The notes beneath the pieces were generated by a model that did no database searches, was not told the DNA's origin, and saw nothing but the letters and a program-made list of their open reading frames with translations. Positions 21,386-29,894 of a stretch of DNA of 64,000 bases are shown in pieces (the stretch's first letter is position 1; each line of letters begins with the position of its first letter). The position numbers were made by a program, and so were the translations under genes. The stretch lies in contig JBFWJC010000001.1 of the NCBI GenBank assembly GCA_050253415.1, positions 192,001 through 256,000 of the forward strand. The letters run 5' to 3'. The stretch is from Pedobacter sp. (GTDB lineage Bacteria; Desulfobacterota; Desulfuromonadia; Desulfuromonadales; Syntrophotaleaceae).

Positions 21386-21586
21386 ACCGTGCTCCCAGAA
21401 GACTGTCGAACTATTCGGTTGAAACGAAGAGTCGTACATCGCAGAACTGTTTTGGCTCCGAAGCAAAACACATCGCCGTAAAAGTGTGCCAAAAGAGTCC
21501 CTATGAACAAACATACTATTATAGGGAAGCACGTCTTAAAAGGAAAGGCTGACAAGGGGGGATAAGGGGGCAAAAAGGGATGGAGA

Positions 21587-21614
21587 TTGACAGATCGCGC
21601 CGAAATGCTACATT
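21587..21614 (+). promoter_or_regulatory. putative sigma70 promoter for doxX
   Basis: TTGACA-N16-TACATT with extended -10 TG. Confidence 0.55.
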
Positions 21615-21705
21615 GCTTAGACAACTTGCCGTGGCGAACGCTGCATGGCGTCACCGCTGACTCGGTTCCTGTCCAGACTTTCCAATTGAACACTAACGTA
21701 GGAGG

Positions 21706-22152
21706 ATGATCATGCTTCGAGGCTTGTGCGCGACCGATAACGATACTGGCAGCCTGATTTTACGGGTGATTTTGGGTGGGGTGTTTTTCCCCCATGGTGC
21801 ACAAAAAGCCCTGGCATGGTTCGGTGGCTACGGCCTGGCGCCGACTGTGGATTTTTTCAACCAGTCTTTTGGAGTGCCCGTACCGCTGGCCTACCTGGTC
21901 GTCGCGGCCGAGTTTCTCGGTGCCATAGCTCTGATCCTGGGTCTGCTGACACGTTTTGCAGCATTCGGTCTGTTTGCCGTCATGGCGGGCGCCATCTATC
22001 TGGTACACTGGCAGAACGGATTTTTCATGAACTGGGCAGGCAACCAGGCCGGCGAAGGCATCGAATACCATCTGCTGGTCATGGGCATAGCCCTGGCGCT
22101 GATGGTGCGGGGCGGCGGCCGCGCCTCCCTTGACCGGTTGCTGAGTCGTTGA
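21706..22152 (+). CDS. DoxX family membrane protein
   Basis: LRVILG..FFPHGAQK, EFLG...LILGLLTR, GEGIEY, GGGRASLD; AGGAGG RBS. Confidence 0.93.
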   Translation: MIMLRGLCATDNDTGSLILRVILGGVFFPHGAQKALAWFGGYGLAPTVDFFNQSFGVPVPLAYLVVAAEFLGAIALILGLLTRFAAFGLFAVMAGAIYLVHWQNGFFMNWAGNQAGEGIEYHLLVMGIALALMVRGGGRASLDRLLSR

Positions 22153-22170
22153 TCCGCAGTACATGGTATG

Positions 22171-22209
22171 AAAAGCCCCGCATGCCTGTAAAGGCCGCGG
22201 GGCTTTTTT
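22171..22209 (+). terminator. intrinsic terminator after doxX
   Basis: AAAAGCCCCGC...GCGGGGCTTTTTT. Confidence 0.8.
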
Positions 22210-22306
22210 GTGGATAATGGCCGGCTTGACTTGCCCCGTCCCCCCCCTTAAGATCAGAGATCGGAAGCCATCGCTTTTGCCACAGGTATCCCCAGAGGAA
22301 TGTACT

Positions 22307-22738
22307 ATGTACAGCAAACAAGTCATGGACCACTTCACCCGACCACGCAACGTCGGTTATCTTGAAAACCCCAGCGTGGCGGTTCAATATGGCGATCCCA
22401 CCTGCGGTGACTGTCTGTTGGTATTTTTGAAGATCGAGCAAGGCGTCATCCAAGACATGAAATACAAGGTAATGGGCTGCGCCGCCGCCATCGCAACCGC
22501 GTCCATCACCAGTGAAATGACTATCGGCCGCACCCTTGACGAGGCTATGGCATTGACCGAAAAACAGGTAGCTGAGGCCCTGGGCGGGCTTCCGCCGCAA
22601 AAGATGCACTGTTCCAACCTGGCGGTGGGCGCTCTTAAAGCGGCCCTGCGGGTGTATCTGGCAGGAGATCGCCCTCCCGATGCCATCGTCAGCGGGCGAG
22701 GGCACGACGCAAACCATCCTCCAGAGGAAAATCCTTGA
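22307..22738 (+). CDS. IscU/NifU_N Fe-S scaffold protein
   Basis: MYSKQVMDHF..PRNVG, CGD, GCAAAIA, LGGLPPQKMHCSNL. Confidence 0.92.
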   Translation: MYSKQVMDHFTRPRNVGYLENPSVAVQYGDPTCGDCLLVFLKIEQGVIQDMKYKVMGCAAAIATASITSEMTIGRTLDEAMALTEKQVAEALGGLPPQKMHCSNLAVGALKAALRVYLAGDRPPDAIVSGRGHDANHPPEENP

Positions 22739-23582
22739 GACTGAAAAATGTTTGCCAGGGATGTGGGTCACAGACATTGCCGGCCAGCAACATCTGCAGC
22801 TGATCGACGGTCAGAGGACAACCCGGCACAGCCTGCAGGCTGGCCAGAAGCGGCTTTACCATCCAGATCGGCTGGTGAATCTTGACCACCTTGCGGCGGT
22901 GCAGTATGCCACCGATAATATCGAGAAGTTCATCGTAAGTTACGCTTTGCCCGCCGCAACAATGAAAGGTTTCACCAGCGGCATCGGAACGACCAAGGCA
23001 GGCAACGATACTGGCGGCAACCTCCTCCACGGCTACCGGCGCCAGGCGATAACGCCCATCGCCCAACACCGGCACCACTGGCAGAGTGCGCACCATTCCG
23101 GCCAGCAAGGTGCAGAAATTATCCTCGGCACCGTACATGACCGAGGGGCGGAAGATCGTCCAATCGAGAGTTGATTTTTTAACAAGCGCTTCCGCCTGTC
23201 CCTTGCTGCGATAATAGGCGGTACGGCCGTCGATACTGGCGCCGTTGCTGCTCATCAGTACAAAACGTCTGACCTTTTGAGCCTGTGCCGCGTCAACCAT
23301 GTGCGCCGTGGCCTGACGATGCAGACGGTCAAACGTAATTCCCTGTCGCGGATACTCGCGAATAATCCCTACCAGATGTACGACGGCCTCGCATCCAGCC
23401 AAGGCCCCCTGTAAGGTCTCCGGCTGAGTCACGTCCCCGAATCGCACCTCTGTTACCCCCGGCAGAAGTTTTCCCTCGGAGCCGGATCGCACCAGGCACA
23501 CCGGCGTATGCCTGGCGGCCAGCAATTGCCGGGTGACTTCGCGACCGACAAATCCGGTTGCGCCTGTAACAAATACCTGCAT
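22689..23582 (-). CDS. NAD(P)-binding atypical SDR, complex I NDUFA9-like family
   Basis: VFVTGATGFVG, VHLVGII, Y..SK, WTIFRPSVMYG. Confidence 0.88.
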   Translation of the reverse strand: MQVFVTGATGFVGREVTRQLLAARHTPVCLVRSGSEGKLLPGVTEVRFGDVTQPETLQGALAGCEAVVHLVGIIREYPRQGITFDRLHRQATAHMVDAAQAQKVRRFVLMSSNGASIDGRTAYYRSKGQAEALVKKSTLDWTIFRPSVMYGAEDNFCTLLAGMVRTLPVVPVLGDGRYRLAPVAVEEVAASIVACLGRSDAAGETFHCCGGQSVTYDELLDIIGGILHRRKVVKIHQPIWMVKPLLASLQAVPGCPLTVDQLQMLLAGNVCDPHPWQTFFSLKDFPLEDGLRRALAR

Positions 23583-23596
23583 GAGGTCCTCCGCGC

Positions 23597-25039
23597 TTAC
23601 CCCTTAACCACCGCCAGCGGTCGCAAGCGCGCAACGATGCGACCGATGCCGGCCTGTTGCACGACCTCCACCACCTCCGAAACATCCTTATACGCCTCCG
23701 AGATTTCCTCGGCCACGGTGCCACGCTCGGCAGCCCGCAGCACAATGCCCCGTGCAGCGAGTTCGGCCTCGATATTGCGACCACGGGCCACTTTTTTGGC
23801 CGCGTGGCGCGACAACACGCGGCCCGCACCGTGGCAGGTCGAACCGAAGGTCTGCTCGAACCCACCGGCGGTTCCCACCAGCACATAAGAATAGCGCCCC
23901 ATATCGCCGGGGATCAGCACCGGCTGACCTATGGCACGATAGCACGCCGGAACTTCGGGATGGCCGGGGGGAAACGCGCGCGTGGCACCCTTGCGGTGCA
24001 CACAGAGCCGACGCCGCACCCCTTGCACCACATGATTTTCCCATTTGGCAATATTGTGGCAGACGTCATAGATAAGCGAGAGTCGCAAGGCCTCGGCGCT
24101 TTGCCCCAACACCTGTTCAAACGATTCGCGCACCCAGGCGGTAATCAGTTGCCGGTTGGCAAACGCAAAATTGGCCGCGCAGGCCATGGCGGCAAGGTAC
24201 TGTCGACCCTCCGGGCTGCCAAGCGGTGCGCAGCACAACTGCCGGTCTGGCAGCGTGATGCCATATTTGGCCGCAGCCCGCAGCATGATCCGCAAATAAT
24301 CGTCGCACACCTGATAACCGAGGCCGCGGCTGCCGGTATGGATGGTCACCGTAACCTGTCCCGGGAATAATCCAAGCACCTGCGCGATTTCCGGTTCCCG
24401 AATCTCCTCCACCATCTGCACTTCCAGAAAGTGGTTGCCTGAGCCAAGAGTCCCGAGCTGGTCGCGCCCCCGTTCCAGAGCGCGATCGGAAAGCAGTTCC
24501 GGGTCGGCGCCTTCGATACGCCCCTCAGCCTCGATATGCTGCAGATCCTGCTCGCTGCCCATCCCGCGATTCACCACCCAGCGGGCCCCCTGCTGCAGAA
24601 CCTTGCGCTCTTCCGCAACACTCAATTTAAGATCGCGTCGATGAGAACCGACCCCGGAAGGTACATTGCGAAACAGAGCATCGGCCAACCTCTGCAAGTG
24701 GGGACGAACCTGCTGCACTTCCAGATCGGAGCGCAGCAGACGCACTCCACAGTTGATATCGTAGCCGACCCCCCCGGGTGAGACGACCCCCTCCTCGGCA
24801 TCAAAGGCCGCCACCCCGCCGATAGGAAAACCATAGCCCCAATGAATGTCCGGCATGGCCAGAGACGGACCGACAATACCGGGCAAAGTCGCGACATTGC
24901 GCACCTGTTCGAGAGCCTGCTCTTTCTGCAATGCCGCCATCATGGCGCGGCTGGCAAAAACCAGGCCGTCGGTACGCATAGCCCCTTCGCGAGGGATGCG
25001 CCAGCGGCATTGATCGATCTGTTGCACTTTGACGGTCAT
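23597..25039 (-). CDS. rtcB: RNA-splicing/repair ligase RtcB (archaeal-like, archease-associated type)
   Basis: MPDIH.GYGFPIGG, GVGYDINCGVR, GTLGSGNHFLE, HTGSRG, HNIAK, HRKGAT, STCHGAGR. Confidence 0.97.
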   Translation of the reverse strand: MTVKVQQIDQCRWRIPREGAMRTDGLVFASRAMMAALQKEQALEQVRNVATLPGIVGPSLAMPDIHWGYGFPIGGVAAFDAEEGVVSPGGVGYDINCGVRLLRSDLEVQQVRPHLQRLADALFRNVPSGVGSHRRDLKLSVAEERKVLQQGARWVVNRGMGSEQDLQHIEAEGRIEGADPELLSDRALERGRDQLGTLGSGNHFLEVQMVEEIREPEIAQVLGLFPGQVTVTIHTGSRGLGYQVCDDYLRIMLRAAAKYGITLPDRQLCCAPLGSPEGRQYLAAMACAANFAFANRQLITAWVRESFEQVLGQSAEALRLSLIYDVCHNIAKWENHVVQGVRRRLCVHRKGATRAFPPGHPEVPACYRAIGQPVLIPGDMGRYSYVLVGTAGGFEQTFGSTCHGAGRVLSRHAAKKVARGRNIEAELAARGIVLRAAERGTVAEEISEAYKDVSEVVEVVQQAGIGRIVARLRPLAVVKG

Positions 25040-25119
25040 AACATCTACCTTTCATGGCCCCGTTACCATAAAGCGTCCCTGTGACCTGTACCGTTTTTCG
25101 TGTCTAGTAATTCAGGGCC

Positions 25120-25147
25120 ATTATCCGGGCTGACAAGGCTACGTCAA
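25120..25147 (-). promoter_or_regulatory. putative internal sigma70 promoter for rtcB
   Basis: TTGACG-N16-GATAAT on the - strand within the archease-rtcB gap. Confidence 0.45.
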
Positions 25148-25237
25148 CCTGGCATAACCGAGTGGTACGTTAAATGGTGGAACGCTGAAATCGCCAGAAA
25201 AGCCGGAAGAAGACATCTGAAATAATGGCATAGATCA

Positions 25238-25717
25238 CTAGAGATCAAGATAAACCCGCGCACGCCAGAGGCCCTGGCGACAGCTGACCATAAGATGGTG
25301 GTAGGTGGCTGCTTTGATTTCCCTTTGAGGGTCTCCGGTCAGCGGCACCACCGCCAACCTGGCCTCAAGCGAGCCGGGTTTCATATCTGTCAAGGTGATA
25401 TCTTGCGGCCACATGCCCTTGGTCTGAATCAGATAAAGCAACTCGTTAAGCCACACGACCAGCAGTTCCTCCACATCGCCTGCGGCAACCTCAAGCGTTA
25501 AAACGCGAATCGGGGTCATACTATCAGCGCTGCCAGCCAACACCGCCAACAACCCTTTTGCCGCCTGCACAAACAACTCCTCACAGCTTGCAGCCTGGGC
25601 TTCGATACCCATATCGGCGGTGTGCTCCAAAAGCCGAAAGGCGGCCGCGCCGCCTTTCTTTTTAACCGGCTTGGATCCCGCCTCTGGAAATTGTCGGGCA
25701 TTTTGGTCCGCATTCAT
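25238..25717 (-). CDS. archease
   Basis: EHTADMGI, LLVVWLNELLY, EIKAATYH, C-terminal YLDL; ATG 4 nt after the upstream stop. Confidence 0.95.
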   Translation of the reverse strand: MNADQNARQFPEAGSKPVKKKGGAAAFRLLEHTADMGIEAQAASCEELFVQAAKGLLAVLAGSADSMTPIRVLTLEVAAGDVEELLVVWLNELLYLIQTKGMWPQDITLTDMKPGSLEARLAVVPLTGDPQREIKAATYHHLMVSCRQGLWRARVYLDL

Positions 25718-25721
25718 AGAG

Positions 25722-26240
25722 TCATTCTTCGCGCTGCCAAGTGACGCGGCAGATGGCATGATCATCCGTCCAGACCACCTTAAGCTCGCCTTGGTGGGAC
25801 TTATGGAGGGCGCGGCCGAGGTGTTCGGCGAGTTTTTCTTCGGTCGTTTCGATCACCAGATCCTGGCCTTCTCGCTCCATTCGGATAATCTGTTCCAGCG
25901 GATTTTTGGCCCTGGCCTTGGTCACCTCATTCCTTAGAATGTTACGGATTTCCTCTTCGTGCGCCCACAGATAGGCGCCACGCAGGGTTACATAGCCTTC
26001 TGCGTAACCATCCTCGATCTTACGGCAACCCGGGCAAAGTTGTCTGGTAACCTTCACATCATCGGAAAGATGCTTAAACGCCTCCACATCGAGGTACCAG
26101 CGCTTGTTACGATAAACCGCCTGGCAACCGGTGCAGATCGTAGGTTCCGGCAGCCCCTGATCCATAATATAGGGATCAGAGCTGGTTTTGCAGCGTCCAC
26201 GTTTGTCACTGATGCCGAACTTTCCGCTCTCTTTTTGCAT
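25722..26240 (-). CDS. BCAM0308-family Zn-ribbon protein
   Basis: DPY, CTGC.AVY...RW, CPGCRKI, NPLEQI, TTEEKLA..LGRAL, RVTW.R motifs. Confidence 0.8.
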   Translation of the reverse strand: MQKESGKFGISDKRGRCKTSSDPYIMDQGLPEPTICTGCQAVYRNKRWYLDVEAFKHLSDDVKVTRQLCPGCRKIEDGYAEGYVTLRGAYLWAHEEEIRNILRNEVTKARAKNPLEQIIRMEREGQDLVIETTEEKLAEHLGRALHKSHQGELKVVWTDDHAICRVTWQREE

Positions 26241-26286
26241 ACTTGAACCCCTTTCCCGAGGAATTTTTAGGGCCTTCCTACTATTG

Positions 26287-26295
26287 ATTATAGCA
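26287..26295 (-). promoter_or_regulatory. extended -10 promoter element upstream of the BCAM0308-archease-rtcB cluster
   Basis: TGCTATAAT about 46 nt upstream of the ATG. Confidence 0.55.
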
Positions 26296-26428
26296 TCAGG
26301 AATGGTATTTGGGGGGGACCGAAGGTGACGGAATGGTTTGCAGGAGTAATTTGTAAGAAGTTGAAGGGGGGTTACAAAACCCGATAGTTGTCAGCTGAGA
26401 ACCTTGCAGTCATAATCATGCATGCATA

Positions 26429-26800
26429 TCACCATGACAGGCTACGGGACACCGTAGTCCACAGCAGATTGGCAACAACCACAGAAAGTCCCGCGGCCAG
26501 AGCCAGAGGCGGGGCTTTAAGGGGTCCGATCAGCACAAAAATGGCCCCGGCCAAACACAATAGTCTGACCAGCGTACCACCTTGAAAGGCCAATCCTGAT
26601 TTTTGACCCGGAGTCAAAAGTAACCGTTTGAGGGAACGATGCAACGCATGGAAACTGGCGATGACCACCAATCCACCCCCCAGCACTCCCACTGTAACCG
26701 GAAGCGATTTCCAAAGCAGACTACCCAAGACCATCACACACAGAATCAACCAGTTGCGCCGAGCCATTTCCCGTATCAGCTGGTCATCCCCTGTCGTCAT
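26429..26800 (-). CDS. atpI: ATP synthase subunit I (AtpI-like, 4 TM)
   Basis: Four hydrophobic segments, GVLGGGL, LVRL, LAAGLSVVV; overlaps atpZ. Confidence 0.8.
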   Translation of the reverse strand: MTTGDDQLIREMARRNWLILCVMVLGSLLWKSLPVTVGVLGGGLVVIASFHALHRSLKRLLLTPGQKSGLAFQGGTLVRLLCLAGAIFVLIGPLKAPPLALAAGLSVVVANLLWTTVSRSLSW

Positions 26801-27032
26801 GCTCTTCCTCCCCCTGGCGGCGCAATTCGCGGCGGGTAAGGATAAAAATATTGCGGAATCCGGCGGCAATTCCGAAGCCGAGGAACAACAGCGTCAGCCA
26901 GGGAGAAGTCCCCAGCCAACGATCGAGATAGTACCCCATAAACAACCCGATAAGGGTCGAAGCCACCAGAGAAATACCGACTCCGGAAAGAAAACCGATG
27001 GATTTGATCAGTTGTTGTCTGTTTTCCGCCAT
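26784..27032 (-). CDS. atpZ: AtpZ/AtpI (ATPase gene 1) family protein
   Basis: GISLV...IGLFMGYYLDRWLGTSPW...FL.FGIAAGF.N. Confidence 0.9.
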   Translation of the reverse strand: MAENRQQLIKSIGFLSGVGISLVASTLIGLFMGYYLDRWLGTSPWLTLLFLGFGIAAGFRNIFILTRRELRRQGEEEHDDRG

Positions 27033-27200
27033 AGTTACCAAAATCCAAGAGACAAGGACGTCGTCCGAATATCTGCTTCCCCCGCAGCCCTTATCTCAAA
27101 AACCCGCCGGGTACGCATTCGAATGATCTATTCAAACCCGTATAACCGAGAGCGTGCTAACGGAAGTTAAAAGGTTTTCTCCCCCAAGAAAATCGTCAAG

Positions 27201-28166
27201 TCATCCCTTAAATAAACGGATAAAATGGGCAAAAATCCCTTGATCGTCATCGGCCACTTCCTGCTCTTTCATAATCTTAAGGGCTTCAAAGGTCGTGCGT
27301 CTTTGATGATAGGGGCGCTCGGCAGTGAGTGCTTCATAAATATCGGCAATACGGCAAATCCGCGCATAAGGATGGATATCCGATCCCATCTTCCCGTGTG
27401 GATAGCCGGTACCATTGTCGCGTTCATGATGCTGCAGAGTAATGGTAAGCGCTTCATCGGTAATGATCCCGTTTTCACTGAGGATGTTGTAACCTTCCTC
27501 AACATGACCATTGACCACCTGGCGTTCTTCCGGCGTCAATTGTCCCGGCTTGTTGATAATCTCAATGGGAATGCGACACTTGCCAAGATCGTGCAGAAAA
27601 AAACCGGTGCCAAGGTTATGCATATCGTGCGAGCGATCCTGGCCGAATAATAATCGCGCCAGTGCCACGCCGAAAATACCGACATTGGTAGAATGAACGT
27701 AGGTGGCATGATCGAAAGCAGTCAATCGTACCAGATATTTGGTTGCTTCTTCATTGTTTACGATGAGATCGACCGTCGGAACGATAACATCGCAGGCCTG
27801 CTTGATAAAGGGACCGCGAGGGTCATCAAAGGCCCGACGCATGACATCGCGACAGGCCGCCTGCACGGCTTTGGCTTTGACAGAAGCCTCAACATTCGGA
27901 TTATGAACAAGGTCGTCCAGCCTGGAGCGTAACATCTGGCTGTAAAAAGCTGCATCCTCGACGCGTACATACAGGTGTTCGGTACCATAAAACTGCAGAC
28001 GATCGATAGCAGGACGGCCTAAAATACCATGTTGAGCGACAAACAGAACGTACTCACCACTCCGGTTACATCGAAACAAATCACACGGAGCTTTTTGGAT
28101 AAAATGAAGGGAGTCGGTACTTACGGAAAATAACTCCTCGCCGCTGATATTTTCGGCCAGATCCAT
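27201..28166 (-). CDS. HD-GYP cyclic-dinucleotide phosphodiesterase
   Basis: TYVHS.NV, HDLGK, HHERDNGTGYP, ADIYEALTAERPY. Confidence 0.93.
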   Translation of the reverse strand: MDLAENISGEELFSVSTDSLHFIQKAPCDLFRCNRSGEYVLFVAQHGILGRPAIDRLQFYGTEHLYVRVEDAAFYSQMLRSRLDDLVHNPNVEASVKAKAVQAACRDVMRRAFDDPRGPFIKQACDVIVPTVDLIVNNEEATKYLVRLTAFDHATYVHSTNVGIFGVALARLLFGQDRSHDMHNLGTGFFLHDLGKCRIPIEIINKPGQLTPEERQVVNGHVEEGYNILSENGIITDEALTITLQHHERDNGTGYPHGKMGSDIHPYARICRIADIYEALTAERPYHQRRTTFEALKIMKEQEVADDDQGIFAHFIRLFKG

Positions 28167-28209
28167 ACGCTCCCCTGTAACAGGTATATTCCAAAAGGGC
28201 CTCGCAGTC

Positions 28210-28227
28210 GATCCCCCGCGGGGGATC
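28210..28227. repeat. perfect 18-bp palindrome at the aminotransferase 3' end
   Basis: GATCCCCCGCGGGGGATC, flanked by CAGTC/GACTG. Confidence 0.75.
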
Positions 28228-29530
28228 AGGACTGCAGATATGCTGTAATGCTGTCAGCGATCTTTTGGAAAATACCGGTAAATTCTTTTTCGTCGCGCTC
28301 CAACAATGTGATGCGGAAACCCTGTTCCTTGGTGCAGAAGGAAGATAAAGGGACCACACAGATACCGGTCGAAGCAAGTAGATAGTACACGAAACGCTTA
28401 TCCAGAGATACCCCCGGTTGATTGACCATACTCTCAACCAGTGTACGAACCTTGGTGTTTTCGATAGGGAGCGTCTGTTGATGTGTAAGCAATTCGGTCT
28501 TGATTACGACACTCATATAAAAAGCACCGTTGGTACGATTGACTTTGATACCAGGGACTTCTTTTAGAACCTCGTAAGCGATATTGGAATTGTTTTCGTA
28601 ACGCGCTCTCCGCTGATCGAGATACGCCGGATATTCCGGGTGTTCAAGGATGCGGGGTATCGCTTTTTGGGGCAATGTAGTGGAACAGACCTCGACCATC
28701 TTGGCGTTCAGGATACTCTGTACATACCGTTTAAAAACAGGATCCCGGTCGGCATTATAGACTTCGATCCAGCCGCAGCGTGCTCCGGGCCAGGGCACTT
28801 CCTTGCTGATGCCACGCAGAGCCATTCCAGGAAGATCGCCGATGAGATCGGATAACGGCTTCGTGGATTGTCCATTATAAACAATATTCAGGTAGACCTC
28901 GTCACAGATCACAAACAGATCGTACTCCCGGGCAATGGCGATCATCTCCCGCAAAATACGCTCCGGATAGACCGACCCGGTCGGATTATCGGGATTGATA
29001 ATCAGTATGCCGGAAATAGCCGGGTTATACTTCACCGACAACCGCAAATCGTCCAGGTCCGGATACCAGTTGTTATCGGGGTCCAAACGGTAGGAAATCG
29101 GCCGCTGACCGGCATGAGCTGCTTCGGCCGATGAGTGGGTGGAATAGGTCGGCGATGGTCCAATAACCCGCGCCTCGCGGCGCAGAAATCCGTAAACCTT
29201 CTGAATGGCGTCGCCAAGGCCGTTGAAAAAGAGAATATCTTCCGCCGTGATTTGCGCCTTGCCGCGCTTATTTGTCCGTTCCGCCAGAAACTCGCGCGTC
29301 TCCAACACTCCCTTGGTCGGGCAATAACCGTAAGTACAATCCTCCATGACCAATTCGGCAACCAGTTGTTTCATCCACTTGGGGATTTTTTCTCCCTTCG
29401 CTACCGGATCACCGATATTTTCCATATTGGTCTTGATACCCATACGCTGGAGAGTCTCGGCAATCTCCACGATCGCCCGAATCTCATAGGTCAACTCACC
29501 TGCGCCTATATGTACGATATCGTTTCTCAT
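28226..29530 (-). CDS. PLP-dependent class I aminotransferase (AlaA-like, probable alanine transaminase)
   Basis: LTYEIR, NIGDP, INPDNPTG, DEVY, ISKEVPWPGARCGW (PLP lysine); substrate specificity is inferred. Confidence 0.85.
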   Translation of the reverse strand: MRNDIVHIGAGELTYEIRAIVEIAETLQRMGIKTNMENIGDPVAKGEKIPKWMKQLVAELVMEDCTYGYCPTKGVLETREFLAERTNKRGKAQITAEDILFFNGLGDAIQKVYGFLRREARVIGPSPTYSTHSSAEAAHAGQRPISYRLDPDNNWYPDLDDLRLSVKYNPAISGILIINPDNPTGSVYPERILREMIAIAREYDLFVICDEVYLNIVYNGQSTKPLSDLIGDLPGMALRGISKEVPWPGARCGWIEVYNADRDPVFKRYVQSILNAKMVEVCSTTLPQKAIPRILEHPEYPAYLDQRRARYENNSNIAYEVLKEVPGIKVNRTNGAFYMSVVIKTELLTHQQTLPIENTKVRTLVESMVNQPGVSLDKRFVYYLLASTGICVVPLSSFCTKEQGFRITLLERDEKEFTGIFQKIADSITAYLQS

Positions 29531-29590
29531 GAATTACCTTAAGCCCCTTCGCCATACCTCGGTTAACTTGAAAAGAAATTAAATCCAAAT

Positions 29591-29623
29591 AAAAAAAGCC
29601 ATGAGCTTCCCCAGCCCATGACC
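29591..29623 (-). terminator. intrinsic terminator (attenuator) in the aminotransferase 5' leader
   Basis: GTCATGGGCT-GGGGA-AGCTCATGGC-TTTTTTT, a 10-bp stem with 2 GU pairs plus U7, 60 nt upstream of the start codon. Confidence 0.85.
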
Positions 29624-29654
29624 TTACTGCACGGTGTCCCTACTTAACGGGATT

Positions 29655-29756
29655 TCAGACAGCAAGACAACGAGCTTCCCTGCGGTTTTTGGCCGCGGTG
29701 CCCATCGCTCGTGCTGCCTCTGCCGGAACCGGCAGTGGATCCCAGTGGTAAGTCAT
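29655..29756 (-). CDS. putative Ala-rich leader peptide MTYHWDPLPVPAEAARAMGTAAKNRREARCLAV (33 aa)
   Basis: AGGAGG RBS 7 nt upstream; 8 of 33 codons are Ala; stop lies about 30 nt before the terminator; absent from the ORF track (<60 aa). Confidence 0.7.
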   Translation of the reverse strand: MTYHWDPLPVPAEAARAMGTAAKNRREARCLAV

Positions 29757-29894
29757 TGGTTTACCTCCTATTACTTCCCGTTGGTTAACACAGCTAAAGA
29801 TAAAAGTCAATCCCCACAGCTTGTAAAGCGGTTGGTTTAAGGATTCATTTCATGCTATAAAGAGTGCTTATTTCTCAAGGAGATAACTACCGAT

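Noticed and set aside
21555..21583. G-tract run (possible G-quadruplex) between dinG and doxX
   Set aside because: The fourth tract is only GG and there is no other support.
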